DNA from: Chrysomallon squamiferum
Lineage: Eukaryota > Animalia > Mollusca
Length of the DNA: 64,000 nt
Direction: 5' to 3'
Assembly: GCA_012295275.1 (NCBI GenBank)
Contig: CM022677.1
Coordinates: 24,428,001-24,492,000 of the forward strand
Part shown: positions 23,965-39,602 of the stretch, piece by piece
Position numbering within the stretch: the first letter of the stretch is position 1
Layout of the letters: every line of letters begins with the position of its first letter
Translations under genes and position numbers: made by a program
Notes under the pieces: model-generated
Told to the model about the DNA's origin: nothing
Seen by the model: only the letters and a program-made list of their open reading frames with translations
Databases searched by the model: none

Positions 23965-26900
23965 TTATATACATATATATATTTATTTATTTATTTATTT
24001 AAATGTTTCAGTGCGTAATATTTATTTTGTAAGTAACTTAGTAATAAAAGAGAGGGTAGAAAAACTAGAATAAATACCTGAAAAATCTCTCTTGTTTTGT
24101 AGAAAAAAGTCACCTTGTAAATGACAAAACGTTTCCTTACAGCACATGCGCCTAAAACTATCAAGTCATGACATGCTATTGCAGGTTACTAAAACTGCAG
24201 CAGGTGGTTTTGGTTCATTGATCTTATAGATATCTTCAGTTCTGATAACTGACACTTTGAAGTTAACAATAAATTGTTCAGTTTAAAATAAATGCCACTA
24301 GGTTACTTCCCCTTGCATGAACTCTATTGCTATTCGAAAAAAAAATGCAGACATTTTATATTTTTAAAAGAAAATTAAAGTAAAATAATTAATACTAATA
24401 ATTATGATGATGATAAAATATTTTTAAAACTTCTTGGCAAAACAAACTTCCTATTCGCTAATTCACAGAGTTCAGTTTCGAGTTAGCTGGGTAAGATGTA
24501 GACATAGCGCTATCAGATTTCTGCTATGTATGTTAGTCCCATGTAATGACTAATCTATTTATTTACCATCATTATTATTTTGTTCGTTATTTATTTTTTA
24601 TTTAATTTTCTTATATTCTTTTTCTTTCATTCTTTTTTCTTAATTTAATGATTTATTATTATTATTGTCATTGTTATTGTTATTGGTTTTAATAGTGAAA
24701 TTTTTAAACTACTGGTATAAACAAAACTATGCTTTTAGAAAATTGATCTCTTCACTGGATCAGGTTGATTGCATTCTACTAAAAGGTGATTATACTGTAC
24801 ATCTACGTACTGACGATATAGACACAGCGGTACTGGCGTTCAGTTCTGTCTTCCGTTTAAATAATAGACAATATGTCTTGTTCCTCAACAGAAAATACTT
24901 TATTTACTGCATGTGTGTAGGTATGTATCTGCCTAGGTCTGTATATGTATTATGTATGTTTGAATAAATGTATGTATTTGTGTATGTATATACATATGTA
25001 TGTCTATTTTGTTTATGTATGTATGTATATAAAAGTTGAATCAGAATATGCAGAGCAAGCCCGTTTTTCAGTATACATCGTAAAGCATTGACAAATTGGA
25101 GAAACAAACAACAACAATAAAATTAAATAAATAAATGAAGCAATAAATAAATAAATAAATAAAGCTTACAATTATATTCTTTACCCTTTTCCTCATGCTA
25201 AGAATAGCGAGTTTAAATTGAGTGGATATGTATGGCAATTAAAAGCTGTTTTAGAAAATGAAAAAAAACACAAAATGGAAATAAATAAATAATATAAAAT
25301 TAAATAATTAAGAAGAAGAAAATTGAACGAAACAAACATCCTAATATTTAAAAGACATCTAATAACAATAATAATGTTTCGACAAATGTCTGGGCACGTG
25401 AGCAAAACGTGTGACACATTTCGCTGATTTGGGCATGCGCGATTAAAACAGGTTTTCCTCACTAACAGTAACAGTATTCTAGAATGTCTGAACATGTTTC
25501 CATAACCAAAAACAAATTCACATTTATCTGATTGTTTTATGCTATATAATACCAAATGCTTATTTGTTGTTAAGATAACTAAGAAGATATTATACTGAAA
25601 GTATCTAAGTCCTGTGTCTCTACATAGCTTGAACAGAAAATATATACTTTTCCATCATTTGTCATAGAAATGTATACCAAAAGAAAGCAAAAGTGAAATA
25701 AATAATAGAAATAATGACGATATAATAAATAAATAAATAAATAAATAAATAAAAGAAAGAAACATGCTAATATTTAAAAGACATCTAATAACAATAATAA
25801 TGTTTCGACAAATATCTGTGTGAACGTGAGCGAAACGTGTGACACATTTCGATTATTTGGGCATGCGCGCTTAAAACAGGTTTAGCCCCTGATCTTTGAT
25901 TTAAGACACTACACACAGTGAATCGAAACAAGGAAATAAAATAATGCTTTGTTTTTAGAGTAATGATCATTTTAATATCATTTACATATATAATTCTGTC
26001 TCCTCACTATTTCCGTCAGCTAAGATATTTTATCACAATTCAATTTTTTTTTATTGTCTTAAACATTCATTTTTCTTCGTTTCTTAACTTTTTTTCTTCA
26101 CAGAAACCATTCAACAGTAGTCTTACAGATATATATTTATATTTATTTCTTATGTATATATATCTATATTTGTTTTTATTCAAAATTTCATTGGGTAATA
26201 TTTATTTTGTAAGTAACTTAAACTGCAGCGGGTAGTTTTGGTTCGTTGATCTTACATGTGTGTTCAGTTATGAAAACTGACCCGTTGAAGTTGCGAATAA
26301 ATGGTTTAATTTTAAATAAATAACTGAATGAATAAATAAATAAATATATAAATAAATAAAATTAAATAAAAATTAAAGAATAAAGAAATTGAATTCAAAT
26401 AAAATAAAATAAAGTCACATTCTAATATTTAATATATATCGAATAATAATTATTATTTTTCGAAAAATGTCTGTGGGCACCTGAGAAAATATGTATGACA
26501 ATACGCCGATTTGGGCATGCGCGCTTCAAAGAGATTTTCCACCCCTCATCTTTGTTGTTTTCACACGACACAAACCAAATACCGAAATAAAGAAATAAAA
26601 TATTATATATATTTTATATTATTATTATTATTATTATTTTATATACATACAATCATATATATCTATTTTAATGTATCACTGCGTAATATTTATTTAGTAA
26701 GTAAGTTAGTAATAAAACAGAAGATATGAAAACTAGAGTACATACCTGAAAATTCTTTCTTCTTTCGTATAGGAAAGTCACCTTGTAAATGACAAAACGT
26801 TTGCTTATGTCACATGCGCCTAAAACTGTCAAGTCATGACACTCTATTGCAGGTTACTAAAACTGCAGCTTGTTGATTGTGTTCGTCAATCACATAGATA

Positions 26901-28110
26901 TGGTGAGTTCTGATAACTGACCCGTTGAAGTTAAGAATTAATTGTTCAATTTAAAATAAATGTCATTAGGTTACTTCGCCTTGCATGAACTCAAATGCGA
27001 TTCGATAAAGAAAGGTAGACATTTTATATTAATTATGATGACGATAAAATATTTTTAAAACTTCTTGGCAAAACAAACTTCCTATTCGCTAATTGACAGA
27101 GTTCAGTTTCGAGTTAGCTGTGTAAGATGTAGACACAGCGCTATGAGATTTCCGCTATATGAGTCCCATGTAATAACTAATCCATTTATTTACCATCATT
27201 ATTATTTTGTTCGTTGTTTATTTTTTATTTAATTTTCTTATATTCTTTTTCTTTCATTCTTTTTTCTGAATTTAATGATTTATTATTACTATTATTATTG
27301 TCATTGTTATTGTGTTTTTTTTTAATGGTGAAATTTTTAAACTCTACTGGTATAAACAAAACTATGCTTTTAGAAAATTGATCTCTTCACTGGATCAGGT
27401 TGATTGCATTCTACCAAAATGTGATTCGACTGTACATCTACGTACTGACTATGTAGACACAGTGGTTCTGGTGTTTAGTTCTGTCTTCCGTGTTTAAATA
27501 GTATCAATATGTTTTGCTCCTCAACAGAAAATACTTCATGTACTGCATGCGTGTATGTATGTATTTGTATATGTATATAGATATGTATGTCTGTGTATGT
27601 TTATGTATGTATGTATACAAAAGTTGAATCAGAATATGCAGAGCAAGCCCTTTGTTCATTTTTCCTTTCTCTAGTACTGATTTGATTTTTTCTTCGAAAA
27701 ACGGTAAAGATTCATTTCCGTATACATTGTAAGGAATTGAAAAATTGGAGGAAAGAAAAAAAAAAAACAATAAAATAAAATAAAGAAAGAAATAAAACAA
27801 TACATAAATAAATAAAGTTCAGAATTATTCTTTACTCTTTTGTTCATGCTAAGAATTGCGAATTTAAATTGAGTGGATGTGTATGACAATTAAAGACAGC
27901 TTTAAAAAAGGAAATAAAACAAAATGGAAATAAATAAATAAATAATATAAAATAAAATAATTAAGCAGAAGAAAATTGAATGAAGGAAACATACTAATAT
28001 TTAATAGAAATCAAAGAATAATAATTATGTTTCGAGAACTGTCTGTGGGCACCTGAGCCTAACTTGTATGACACAATTCTCCGATTTGGGCATGCGCTCT
28101 TAAAACAGGT
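21800..28110. repeat. Irregular macrosatellite of the same modules as 245-11725 but without the expanded 37-mer
   Basis: Recurring anchors (ttcactggatcaggttgattgc; gatttgggcatgcgcgctt; cacatgcgcctaaaact; gacccgttgaagtt), with units starting at ~21800, ~24385 and ~27030. Confidence 0.9.
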
Positions 28111-28206
28111 TTTACGATATTGGCCTTTGTTGTCTAGACAGCCTACGCTGGAAAATTCGAAACAAGGAAATACATTTTTTTTTTTTTTTTTTTTTTTTTT
28201 TCATTA

Positions 28207-28238
<32 letters not shown>

Positions 28239-28761
28239 CGTTTATTAAATTTTCTGGTTCACAGAAAACGTTCCACAAGAGTCCTATATTCAAAAAAAAA
28301 CCACAACCCCCTAAACAAAATATTGTTATCGCAATATTAAATCGAAAAACTGCAAGTCACAATTTCTGGTTTTGATTATATATAGAATTTATTTTTAACT
28401 TTTTATCCTTGCTGTAATTGAATGATAGCAAACAAATATCCTCATACTAGTATATTTCGCTAATTAGGATTAAAAATTGGAAATGGAATAGCACTTCATA
28501 TTCATCTTTTCAAAACAATTTCAATAGCTACTGATATTTGAATTGTCTGTTTGCAATCAATGTAAAAGTCTTTAGCAAAACACAAGCGAGATTTGCTTAT
28601 AAAACGAATATAGAGAAGGGTTTTGTATTCAAATGTAGATAAAGCTAAATTAAAAGAATTAAAAACACAGATAATTAAAAAAGCACCTGTCTCTCAACGA
28701 TTACTTGATATATATAAAAAAATACTCCCAATAAGACAAAGAAAAGAAAACCTGCAATGGT

Positions 28762-30469
28762 TATAATTATTATTATTTTCACCACAGAATATACAGTATA
28801 AAGTATAGTACAATTAATCCTAACATGACAAAATTTAAAATTAAATTAATGTGTTAAAATACAGAAGTCTTCAGATTATCAAGAAAGACAAAAACCAAAA
28901 AACTACAGATAATTATCTGCTATAGGTTCCTAGTAATTAATATTTATCACATAAATACACAGTGAATGTTACAGTAAGAAACATACAAGATTACAAACAA
29001 AATAATTATGACATATCTACATTTTTTTTTTTTTTTTTCACAATTTTGTGCAAATATTTCATTTTTCTTCACATTTTATTGTTCCGTTATTTATCTTACG
29101 AACATATTTTTCTGCACAATAAATAAATAAATAAACATGTTCAGAACATTTTGGAATCCAGTTAAAGTTAGTTGTTGGTGACTGCATTTTGATCTATAGA
29201 TATAGTATTTGGCAATTAACAATATTAAACTAGCTCTATCACCTTTGTCAGAATAATTTCGGTTGCCTTAAATAATTGCATTTATTTGAAGTCTCACATT
29301 TGTTCAAAAAATAACTAGTTTGAAACAGTGTTACAGAATATCTGAACATGTTTACATAAGCCAAACGAAATTCACAAATATCTTTTATTCATTTATACCA
29401 TATAATACCATATGCTTATTTGTTGTTAAGATAATTAACAAGTTGTTGTATTGAAAATATATAAGTCCTGTGTTTGTAGTTAACTTGAACAGAAGAAGAT
29501 GTATACTTTTCCATTATTTGTCACATAAATCTCTTCCAAAAATATACTGCCATTTTATTTTGGCATTTATTTTGTGCTTTGAAATAATTTCCATTATATA
29601 ATCACAGCAGAATATTTTACCAACAATTGTTTTGAGGTGTTCTTCTGTAAAATTAGAAATTCCTGGTATTTGTAATGTTACCTCGTTTGTATGCAAAGAC
29701 AATTTATAATATTTTGTAACTACTAATATGAAGCCATTGCAAAATAGCATAACATTTATTTCTCTTAAACCACTCTTTTGATAATCCTGAATTAATATGT
29801 TTTCTAGCTATTTTATCGAGCTTTTCAATTGAAACGAACTGAGCGAATTAGGTTTCTATTTTTTTAAACAAAGAATCTGTTGGATGAAAAAGGAAACAAT
29901 CCTTTTTCCATATAACAACATTTTTGATTTTAGTAAATTTGTTCTAGAGGTGACAAACAACGTTTTAAGCATTGTCAATGAAGTCTGGTAATCTCACTCA
30001 TCTTAATAGTTTGATTCTTGTATTAGATACAGATGTGTAGAAAATTTTACCCCAAATATCGTAAATACTGTAGTCCATTTTAATTTATGTTTTGAAGACA
30101 GTTTTCTAAGATTATTATTGTCTTTGCCTAATTTGCTTTATCAGTTTTAGCTTATTAACTTTGAGATCACACATATTGTTAAAATATTATAATGTTCCCG
30201 CAGATGCTGTAAGAGTTTTATCACACCAGTCCAATAGCAATGTTGTGTCTTCGAGAAACTGAAATTTTGAATTCACTGACGTTTATCTGAATCCCGTGTA
30301 TATCTTTGTTGTACACTGTTTATCCTTGAAGCTTGTTCTAAGTCATTAGATTTGTCCATAGGCAACTCAGTTTTATATATAGATAGTGTGGCTATTATAT
30401 TTACTTTCTCTGTTGTTGTTTTTTTAACTTATCATTTTCTATTTCCAGTCTGATAATTATTTCTTTCAT
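28762..30469 (-). mobile_element. L1/Tx1 LINE fossil downstream of caspase copy 2
   Basis: Collinear with 15291-16967; RT motif reads FLEDTTLLLDW (~30225-30260); ORF 29514-29750 is part of ORF2. Confidence 0.85.
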
Positions 30470-30650
30470 ATGGTGTAATATTTCTTTTTTATTTTCATCT
30501 AGTACTATTTCTAAAAGTAGACCTTTGAGAGGAATTGTGGGAAAACTGTATTGTTGTTTGTTGTTTTTCTGTTTCTTCTTCTTGGTTAGTTTTTGTTCGC
30601 TTTTGGTTTAAGGGTGGGTTTTTGTAACCACACTGACAAATCGTAATTGT

Positions 30651-32086
30651 TCATTCACGTTTTTTGTAAACAGGGCAGAAAACAAATTGTTTTCTTAATG
30701 TTGAATTGGTCCACGGCACTTGTTTATTAGTGCAATCGTCCCTAGATACGTTTTTCTCACTTACGTCATGAATGACTGCCCAATTCACGTTACAAATATT
30801 GTGATGTTTGTATTTAAGAAGACTGGCACAAAGCGGTTCAATATATAAAGATCCTGTATTTCCATTACGGTAAGACGCATATCCTGGCTCGCTTGAACAA
30901 ACAGTGTAGAAATCACAGCCCTCGGCAGTGAAATATGTCGCTTCTTCAGACTTGACGTCAGAATGAGGAACTAGTTGTCCTTGCTGATGTTTATCACCTT
31001 GGCAGGCCTGGATAAAAAACAGCTTTGGTTTATCACTGAGGGATTTACAAGACCGGAAATAAGAAGTGACTTCCAGTAAGGTTACCCTTTCTCCATTTAT
31101 TCCGTGGACCGACCCCTTATTACCGTGTGCGAGAATGCAACAGACAAAAGCGTCGCTTTCAGAATGGTCGCGTTCTGACATCTCTTTGAGTACATTTTTC
31201 ATATCCCAGTCACTGAGATCCGTGTGAACATCCACATCGAAGAAAAGTTTCTCAAATGTCTCTCTGAGTTTCTCGACCTCCACACTCGACCCTGTACGTT
31301 GTTCCAATGATTCATACTTTTCATTGTTTATTATCAGACATATTCCACGTTTCTGATGCGTCATTTCATATACTGGAAACTCTGAGCTGCAGTTTACTAC
31401 GTTTAAACTGGTAAGAGAGGAAATGGACTTCGTATGGTTGTACAAGAGTTTCACCAGCTCCAAGAAGCTGTTGCATTGAATCTGGTACATTCTGTTCTTG
31501 TTTGAAAGGAGCCAATGAACGGGTTCGTTGCCGATCATGTCACAACGCCATCTGTTGTCCCCACTTAACGTTTCACGTATAGGACCAGTATCTGTGATGC
31601 CAGGAATTATTTCAATTTCAGTTTTGGTGGTGTTTGTTTGCTCAGCATTCTTCAAGATCTCTATTAACAGAGTCAGATAGTCGCCTACTTTCTCTAACAG
31701 ATTTACATTGTTCTTGATTTCATTTTCAAAATGAATTACTAGATCTTTCAAATTCGTCCTTTTCTCTTTGTGTAGCGTCACCCTTCGTTCTTTTCTGTGT
31801 CTTTGTTGTTTTCTGTGCTTTCTACCTCTTCATTCTTTGGTGTGCTTTCTATTTCATCACTCTTTAGTGTTATATCTGCCTCATCTTTCTTTTGTCTGTT
31901 TTCTGCCTCATCTTTTTCTCGTGTGTTTTCTATCTCTTCTTTCTCTTCTGTGTTTTCTATCTCTTCGTTGTTTTGTTTTCTTAAGTCATCAGTTATTTTC
32001 CTTTTCATTTGTTTCAGATTTATCTCAGCAGAATCAATATGCACTGTGTCCGGAACGTTTTCTATTAAAGGTATCAGATTTTCCAT
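30651..32086 (-). CDS. Caspase copy 2; short (~6 unit) repeat region; single frameshift at ~31782 (possible pseudogene or sequencing error)
   Basis: ORF 30651-31781 has LAHG, QACQG (30996-31010) and SYRN. ORF 31778-32086 (MENLIPL...DTEKNEG*) joins it if one base is restored (copies 1 and 3 read gaagtggtgacg, copy 2 gaagggtgacg). Confidence 0.88.
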
Positions 32087-32132
32087 TGTTTATGATTGAA
32101 TACGACTCAGAAGTGATTGTTTGATCATCTAC

Positions 32133-32199
<67 letters not shown>

Positions 32200-32200
32200 G

Positions 32201-32231
<31 letters not shown>

Positions 32232-33765
32232 AACAGCACTAATAATAATGATAATAATAACAACAACAATAATAGCAACACTAATAATACGAACAACAAC
32301 AAACAAGAATAATAATAATAATAATAATCATAACAACAGTATGGTGGTGGTGGTAGTAGTGGCAGGAGTAGTAGTAGTAGTGGTAGTAATAGTAATAGCA
32401 GTAGTAGTAGTAGTAAGAATCACAATGAAATATTTTTTTATTTTTAACATACATAATTAAGAATTCTAACGCTAAAAATTAATGTTATTATTTTATAGTC
32501 TACTTGTAGTAGAAGATATAACTGCAATACAGTATTAGTAATTACTAGTAGTACTACCAGCACTAGTAGTGAGTATTGTTAGTGTGCGTGTGTGTATTTC
32601 GTATGTCTGTGTATGTGTTTATATATGTTTTCACGGGTATGTTGCTCATTTATGCATGTAAGTATCTACATATTTATGTATGTATATATTCATAAATTGC
32701 AAGTGTATAGATGTGTGTTTGTGTCTATACGTGTATATATAAATGTGTGTAGGTATGTTAATGTATTAGTGTGTATATATATATATAAGCCTTGAAAGCC
32801 AACACCTCTTATGAGCTGGGCCCCGTGACAATCTGTATCTGTTTTATATGTAAGTATGTGTTAATGTGTGTATGTATGTATACATACACAAATTAAATTA
32901 GAAATTTCACTTGGTGTCATTTTTGCACAGTTTTGCTTTCTCTAGTACTAATTTGATTTTTTCTTCTAAAAATGGAAAAGCAATTTAATTCCGTATTAAT
33001 GGTAACGTATTGAAAAATTGCATTAAGAACAAATTTTAAACTTAAATAAAAGTAAATAAATAAATAAATAGAGTTCAGAATTATTTCTGACGCTTTTGGT
33101 GATGCTAAGAATAGCGAGTTTAAACTGAATGGATATGTGTGACAATTAAAGGCTGATAAAAAATCACAGAAAAAAACAACATCTTAATAAATAAATAAAT
33201 AACAAAATGAAAAAGAAAGAAAGAAAGAAGGTAATATCTAAGACATCGAATAATAATGTTTCGAGAAATGGGTACGTGAGCAAAACTTGTGTGACAACAA
33301 TTCGCGGATCTGGGTTTCCACCTGAGCGTTGTTGTTAACGAAGCAAATCGAAACAGGGAAATATAATATTACTTTGTTTTTAGAGTAATGATCATTTTAA
33401 TATCATTTACATATAAAATTTTGTCTCCTCACTATTTGCTTCAGCTGAGATTTTTTTTTTTAATTATTGTTATTATTATGATTATTATTATTATTTTTAA
33501 TTGTTTTAAACTTTTATTTTTATTCGTTTAATAAGTTTCTTTCTCTTACCTATATATATATACCTACAAAATAAATATTACGCAATGAAAGATTTCAATA
33601 ATACATATATATTTATTTTATAAGTAAGATAGTAATAAAAGAGAGAATATAAAAACTAGAATAAATACCAGAAAATTCTTTCTTGTTTTGTAGAGGAAAG
33701 TCACCTTGTAAATGACAAAACGTTTCCTTACAGCACATGCGCCTAAAACTATCAAGTGATGACAT

Positions 33766-34821
33766 GCAGAGCAAGCCCGTTTTTCAGTATACATCGTAAA
33801 GCATTGACAAATTGGAGAAACAAACAACAACAATAAAATTAAATAAATAAATGAAGCAATAAATAAATAAATAAATAAAGCTTACAATTATATTCTTTAC
33901 CCTTTTCCTCATGCTAAGAATAGCGAGTTTAAATTGAGTGGATATGTATGGCAATTAAAAGCTGTTTTAGAAAATGAAAAAAAACACAAAATGGAAATAA
34001 ATAAATAATATAAAATTAAATAATTAAGAAGAAGAAAATTGAACGAAACAAACATCCTAATATTTAAAAGACATCTAATAACAATAATAATGTTTCGACA
34101 AATGTCTGGGCACGTGAGCAAAACGTGTGACACATTTCGCTGATTTGGGCATGCGCGCTTAAAACAGGTTTTCCTCACTAACAGTAACAGTATTCTAGAA
34201 TGTCTGAACATGTTTCCACAACCAAAAAGAAATTCACATTTATCTGATTGCTTTGTACCATATAATACCAAATTCTTATTTGTTGTTAAGATAACTAAGA
34301 AGATATTGTATTGAAAGTATCTAATTCCTGTGTCTCTAGTTAGCTTGAACAGAAAATACATACTTTTCCATCATTTGACATAGAAATGTATCCAAAAAGA
34401 AAGCAAAAGTAAAATAAATAATGGTAATAATGACGATATAATAAATAAATAAAAGAAAGAAACATGCTAATATTTAAAAGACATCTAATAACAATAATAA
34501 TATTTCCACAAATGTCTGTGTGCACGTGAGCAAAACGTGTGACACATTTCGATTATTTTGGCATGCGCGCTTAAAACAGGTTTTGCCCCTGATCTTTGAT
34601 TTAAGAGACCACACAGGGAATCGACACAAGGAAATAAAATAATGCTTTGTTTTTAGAGTAATGACCATTTTAACACCATTTACGTATTAAATTTTGTCTC
34701 CTCAATATTTCTGTCAGCTAAGATATTTTATCACAATTCAATTTGTATTTATTGTCTTAAACATTCATTTTTCTTCGTTTTTTAACTTTTTTCTTCACAG
34801 AAACCATTCAACAGTAATCTT

Positions 34822-34909
<88 letters not shown>

Positions 34910-35556
34910 TATATATATATTTTTGTTTTATTCAAATCTTTCATTGCGTAATATTTATTTTCTAAGTAAGTTAGAATAAAAGAGAAGATTTAACAACTGG
35001 AATAAATGCCTGAAAAGTTTCTATTGTTTCGTAGAAAAAATTCAGCTTATAAATGACAAAACGTTTGCTTACGGCACATGCGCCTAAAACTGTCAAGTCA
35101 TGACACTCTATTGCAGGTAACTAAAACTGCAGCGGGTAGTTTTGGTTCGTTGATCTTACATGTGTGTTCAGTTATGAAAACTGACCCGTTGAAGTTGCGA
35201 ATAAATGGTTTAATTTTATATAAATAACTGAATGAATAAATAAATAAATATATAAATAAATATATAAATAAATAAAATTAAATAAAAATTAAAGAATAAA
35301 GAAATTGAATTCAAATAAAATAAAATAAAGTCACATTCTAATATTTAATATATATCGAATAATAATTATTATTTTTCGAAAAATGTCTGTGGGCACCTGA
35401 GAAAATATGTATGACAATACGCCGATTTGGGCATGCGCGCTTCAAAGAGATTTTCCACCCCTCATCTTTGTTGTTATCACAGCATACAAACCAAATACCG
35501 AAATAAAATATTATATATATTTTATATTATTATTATTATTATTATTATTATTGTTA

Positions 35557-35618
<62 letters not shown>

Positions 35619-37239
35619 TTATATACATATATATATTTATTTATTTATTTATTCAAATGTTTCAGTGCGTAATATTTATTTTGTAAGTAAGTTAGTAATG
35701 AAACATGATATAAAAACTAGAATAAATACCTGAAAAATCTCTCTTGTTTTGTAGAAAAAAGTCACCTTGTAAATGACAAAACGTTTCCTTACAGCACATG
35801 CGCCTAAAACTATCAAGTCATGACATGCTATTGCAGGTTACTAAAACTGCAGCAGGTGGTTTTGGTTCATTGATCTTATAGATATCTTCAGTTCTGATAA
35901 CTGACACTTTCAGGTTAACAATAAATTGTTCAGTTTAAAATAAATGCCACTAGGTTACTTCCCCTTGCATGAACTCTATTGCTATTCGAAAAAAAAATGC
36001 ACATATTATATTTTTAAAAGAAAATTAAAGTAAAATAATTAATACTAATAATTATGATGATGATAAAATATTTTTAAAACTTCTTGGCAAAACAAACTTC
36101 CTATTCGCTAATTCACAGAGTTCAGTTTCGAGTTAGCTGGGTAAGATGTAGACATAGCGCTATCAGATTTCTGCTATGTATGTTAGTCCCATGTAATGAC
36201 TAATCTATTTATTTACCATCATTATTATTTTGTTCGTTGTTTATTTTTGATTTAATTTTCTTTCATTCTTTTTTCTTAATTTAATGATTTATTATTATTA
36301 TTATTCTCATTGTTATTGTTATTGTTTTTAATGGTGAAATTTTTGAACTCTACTGGTATAAACAAAACTATGCTTTTAGAAAATTGATCTCTTCACTGGA
36401 TCAGGTTGATTGCTTTCTACGAAAATGTGATTCTACTTACATCTACGTACTGGCGATATAGACACAGCGGTACTGGCGTTCAGTTCTGTCTTCCGTGTTT
36501 AAATAATAGACAAGATGTTTTGTTCCTCAACAGAAAATACTTTATGTACTGCATGTGTGTAGGTATGTGGATGCATACGTCTGTACATGTATTATGTATG
36601 TTTCTATAAATGTTTGTATTTGTGTATGTATATACATATGTATATAAAAGTTGAATCAGAATATGCAGAGCAAGCCCGTTTTTCAGTATACATCGTAAAG
36701 CATTGACAAATTGGAGAAACAAACAACAACAATAAAATTAAATAAATAAATGAAGCAATAAATAAATAAATAAATAAAGCTTACAATTATATTCTTTACC
36801 CTTTTGCTCATGCTAAGAATAGCGAGTTTAAATTGAGTGGATATGTATGATATTTAAAAGCTGTTTTAGAAAATGAAAATAAAACAAAATGGAAATAAAT
36901 AAATAATATAAAATTAAATAATTAAGAAGAAGAAAATTGAACGAAACAAACATCCTAATATTTAAAAGACATCTAATAACAATAATAATGTTTCGACAAA
37001 TGTCTGGGCACGTGAGCAAAACGTGTGACACATTTCTAAGTCACATTCTAATATTTAAAATATATCGAATAATAATTATTATTTTTCGAAAAATGTCTGT
37101 GGGCACCTGAGAAAATATGTATGACAATACGCCGATTTGGGCATGCGCGCTTCAAAGAGATTCCCCCCACCCTTCATCTTTGTTATCACAGCATACAAAC
37201 CAAAAACCGAAATAAAGAATAAATATTATATATATTTTA

Positions 37240-37300
<61 letters not shown>

Positions 37301-39535
37301 TTATATACATACAATCATTATATATATATTTTAATGTTTCAGTGCGTAATATTTATTTTGTAAATAAGTTAGTAATAAAACAGGAGATATGAAATCTAGA
37401 GTACATACCTGAAAATTCTTTCTTCTTTCGTATAGGAAAGTCACCTTGTAAATGACAAAACGTTTGCTTATGTCACATGCGCCTAAAACTGTCAAGTCAT
37501 GACACTCTATTGCAGGTTACTAAAACTGCAGCTTGTTGATTGTGTTCGTCAATCACATAGATATGGTGAGTTCTGATAACTGACCCGTTGAAGTTAAGAA
37601 TTAATTGTTCAATTTAAAATAAATGTCATTAGGTTACTTCGCCTTGCATGAACTCAAATGCGATTCGATAAAGAAAGGTAGACATTTTATATTAATTATG
37701 ATGTCGATAAAATATTTTTAAAACTTCTTGGCAAAACAAACTTGCTATTCTGTAATTCACAGAGTTCAGTTTCGAGTTAGCTGGGTAAGATGTAGAGATA
37801 GCGCTATCAGATTTCTGCTATGTATGTTAGTCCCATGTAATGACTAATCCATTTATTATTTTGTTCGTTGTTTATTTTTTATTTAATTTTCTTATATTCT
37901 TTATCTTTCATTCTTGTTTCTGAATTTAATGATTTATTATTACTATCGTTATTGTCATTGTTATTGTGGGGTTTTTTAATGGTGAAATTTTTAAACTACT
38001 GGTATAAACAAAACAATGCTTTTAGAAAATTGATCTCTTCACTGGATCAGGTTGATTGCATTCTACCAAAATGTGATTCTACTGTACATCTACGTACTGA
38101 CTATGTAGACACAGCGGTACTGGTGTTTAGTTCTGTCTTCAGTGTTTAAATAATAGACAAGATGTTTTGTTCCTCAACAGAAAATATTTTATGTACTGCA
38201 TGTGTGTAGGTATGTATCTGCATACGTCTGTATATGTATTATGTATGTTTGTTAAATGTATGTATTTGTGTATGTATATACATATGTATATCTGTATGTT
38301 TATGTATGTATGTATATAAAAGTTGAATCAGAATATGCAGAGCAAGCCCGTTTTTCAGTATACATCGTAAAGCATTGAAAAATTGGAGAAACAAACAACA
38401 ACAATAAAATTAAATAAATAAATGAAGCAATAAATAAATAAATAAATAAAGCTTAGAATTATATTCTTTACACTTTTCCAAGAATAGAGAGTTTAAATTG
38501 AGTGGATATGTATGACAATTAAAAGCTATTTTAGAAAATGAAAATAAAACAAAATGGAAATAAATAAATAATATAAAATTAAATAATTAAGAAGAAGAAA
38601 ATTGAATGAAACAAACATCCTAATATTTAAAAGACATCTAATAACAATAATAGTGTTTCGACAAATGTCTGGGCACGTGAGCAAAACGTGTGACACATTT
38701 CGCTGATTTGGGCCTGCGCGCTTAAAACAGGTTTAGCCCCTGACAGGTAATCGAAACAAGGAAATAAAATAATGCTTTCTTTTTAGGGTAATGATCATTT
38801 TAATGTCATTTACATATATAATTCTGTCTCCTCACTATTTCCGTCAGCTAAGATATTTTATCACAATTTAGTTTTTATTTATTGTCTTAAACATTCATTT
38901 TTCTTCGTTTTTTTGACTTTTTTCTTCACAGAAACCATTCAACAGTAATCTTACAAATATATATTTATATTTATTTATTATATATATATATATTTTTTAT
39001 TCAAATCTTTCATTGCGTAATATTTGTTTTCTAAGTAAGTTAGAAAAAATTCACCTTATAAATGACAAAACCGTTTTGCTCACGGCTAATGCGCCTAAAA
39101 CTATCAAGTCATGACACTCTATTGCAGGTAACTAAAACTGCAGCGGGTAGCTTTGGTTCGTTGATCTTACATCTGTGTTCAGTTATGAAAACTGACCCGT
39201 TGAAGTTGCGAATAAATGGTTTAATTTTAAATAAATAACTGAATGAATAAATAAATAAATATATAAATAAATATATAAATAAATAAAATAAAATAAAAAT
39301 TAAAGAATAAAGAAATTGAATTCAAATAAAATAAAATAAAGTCACATTCTAATATTTAATATATATCGAATAATAATTATTATTTTTCGAAAAATGTCTG
39401 TGGGCACCTGAGAAAATATGTATGACAATACGCCGATTTGGGCATGCGCGCTTCAAAGAGATTTTCCACCCCTCATCTTTGTTGTTATCACAGCATACAA
39501 ACCAAATACCGAAATAAAATATTATATATATTTTA

Positions 39536-39602
<67 letters not shown>

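Noticed and set aside
32121-32460. Poly-Asn / poly-Val ORFs
   Set aside because: Translations of (AAT)n/(GTA)n microsatellites.
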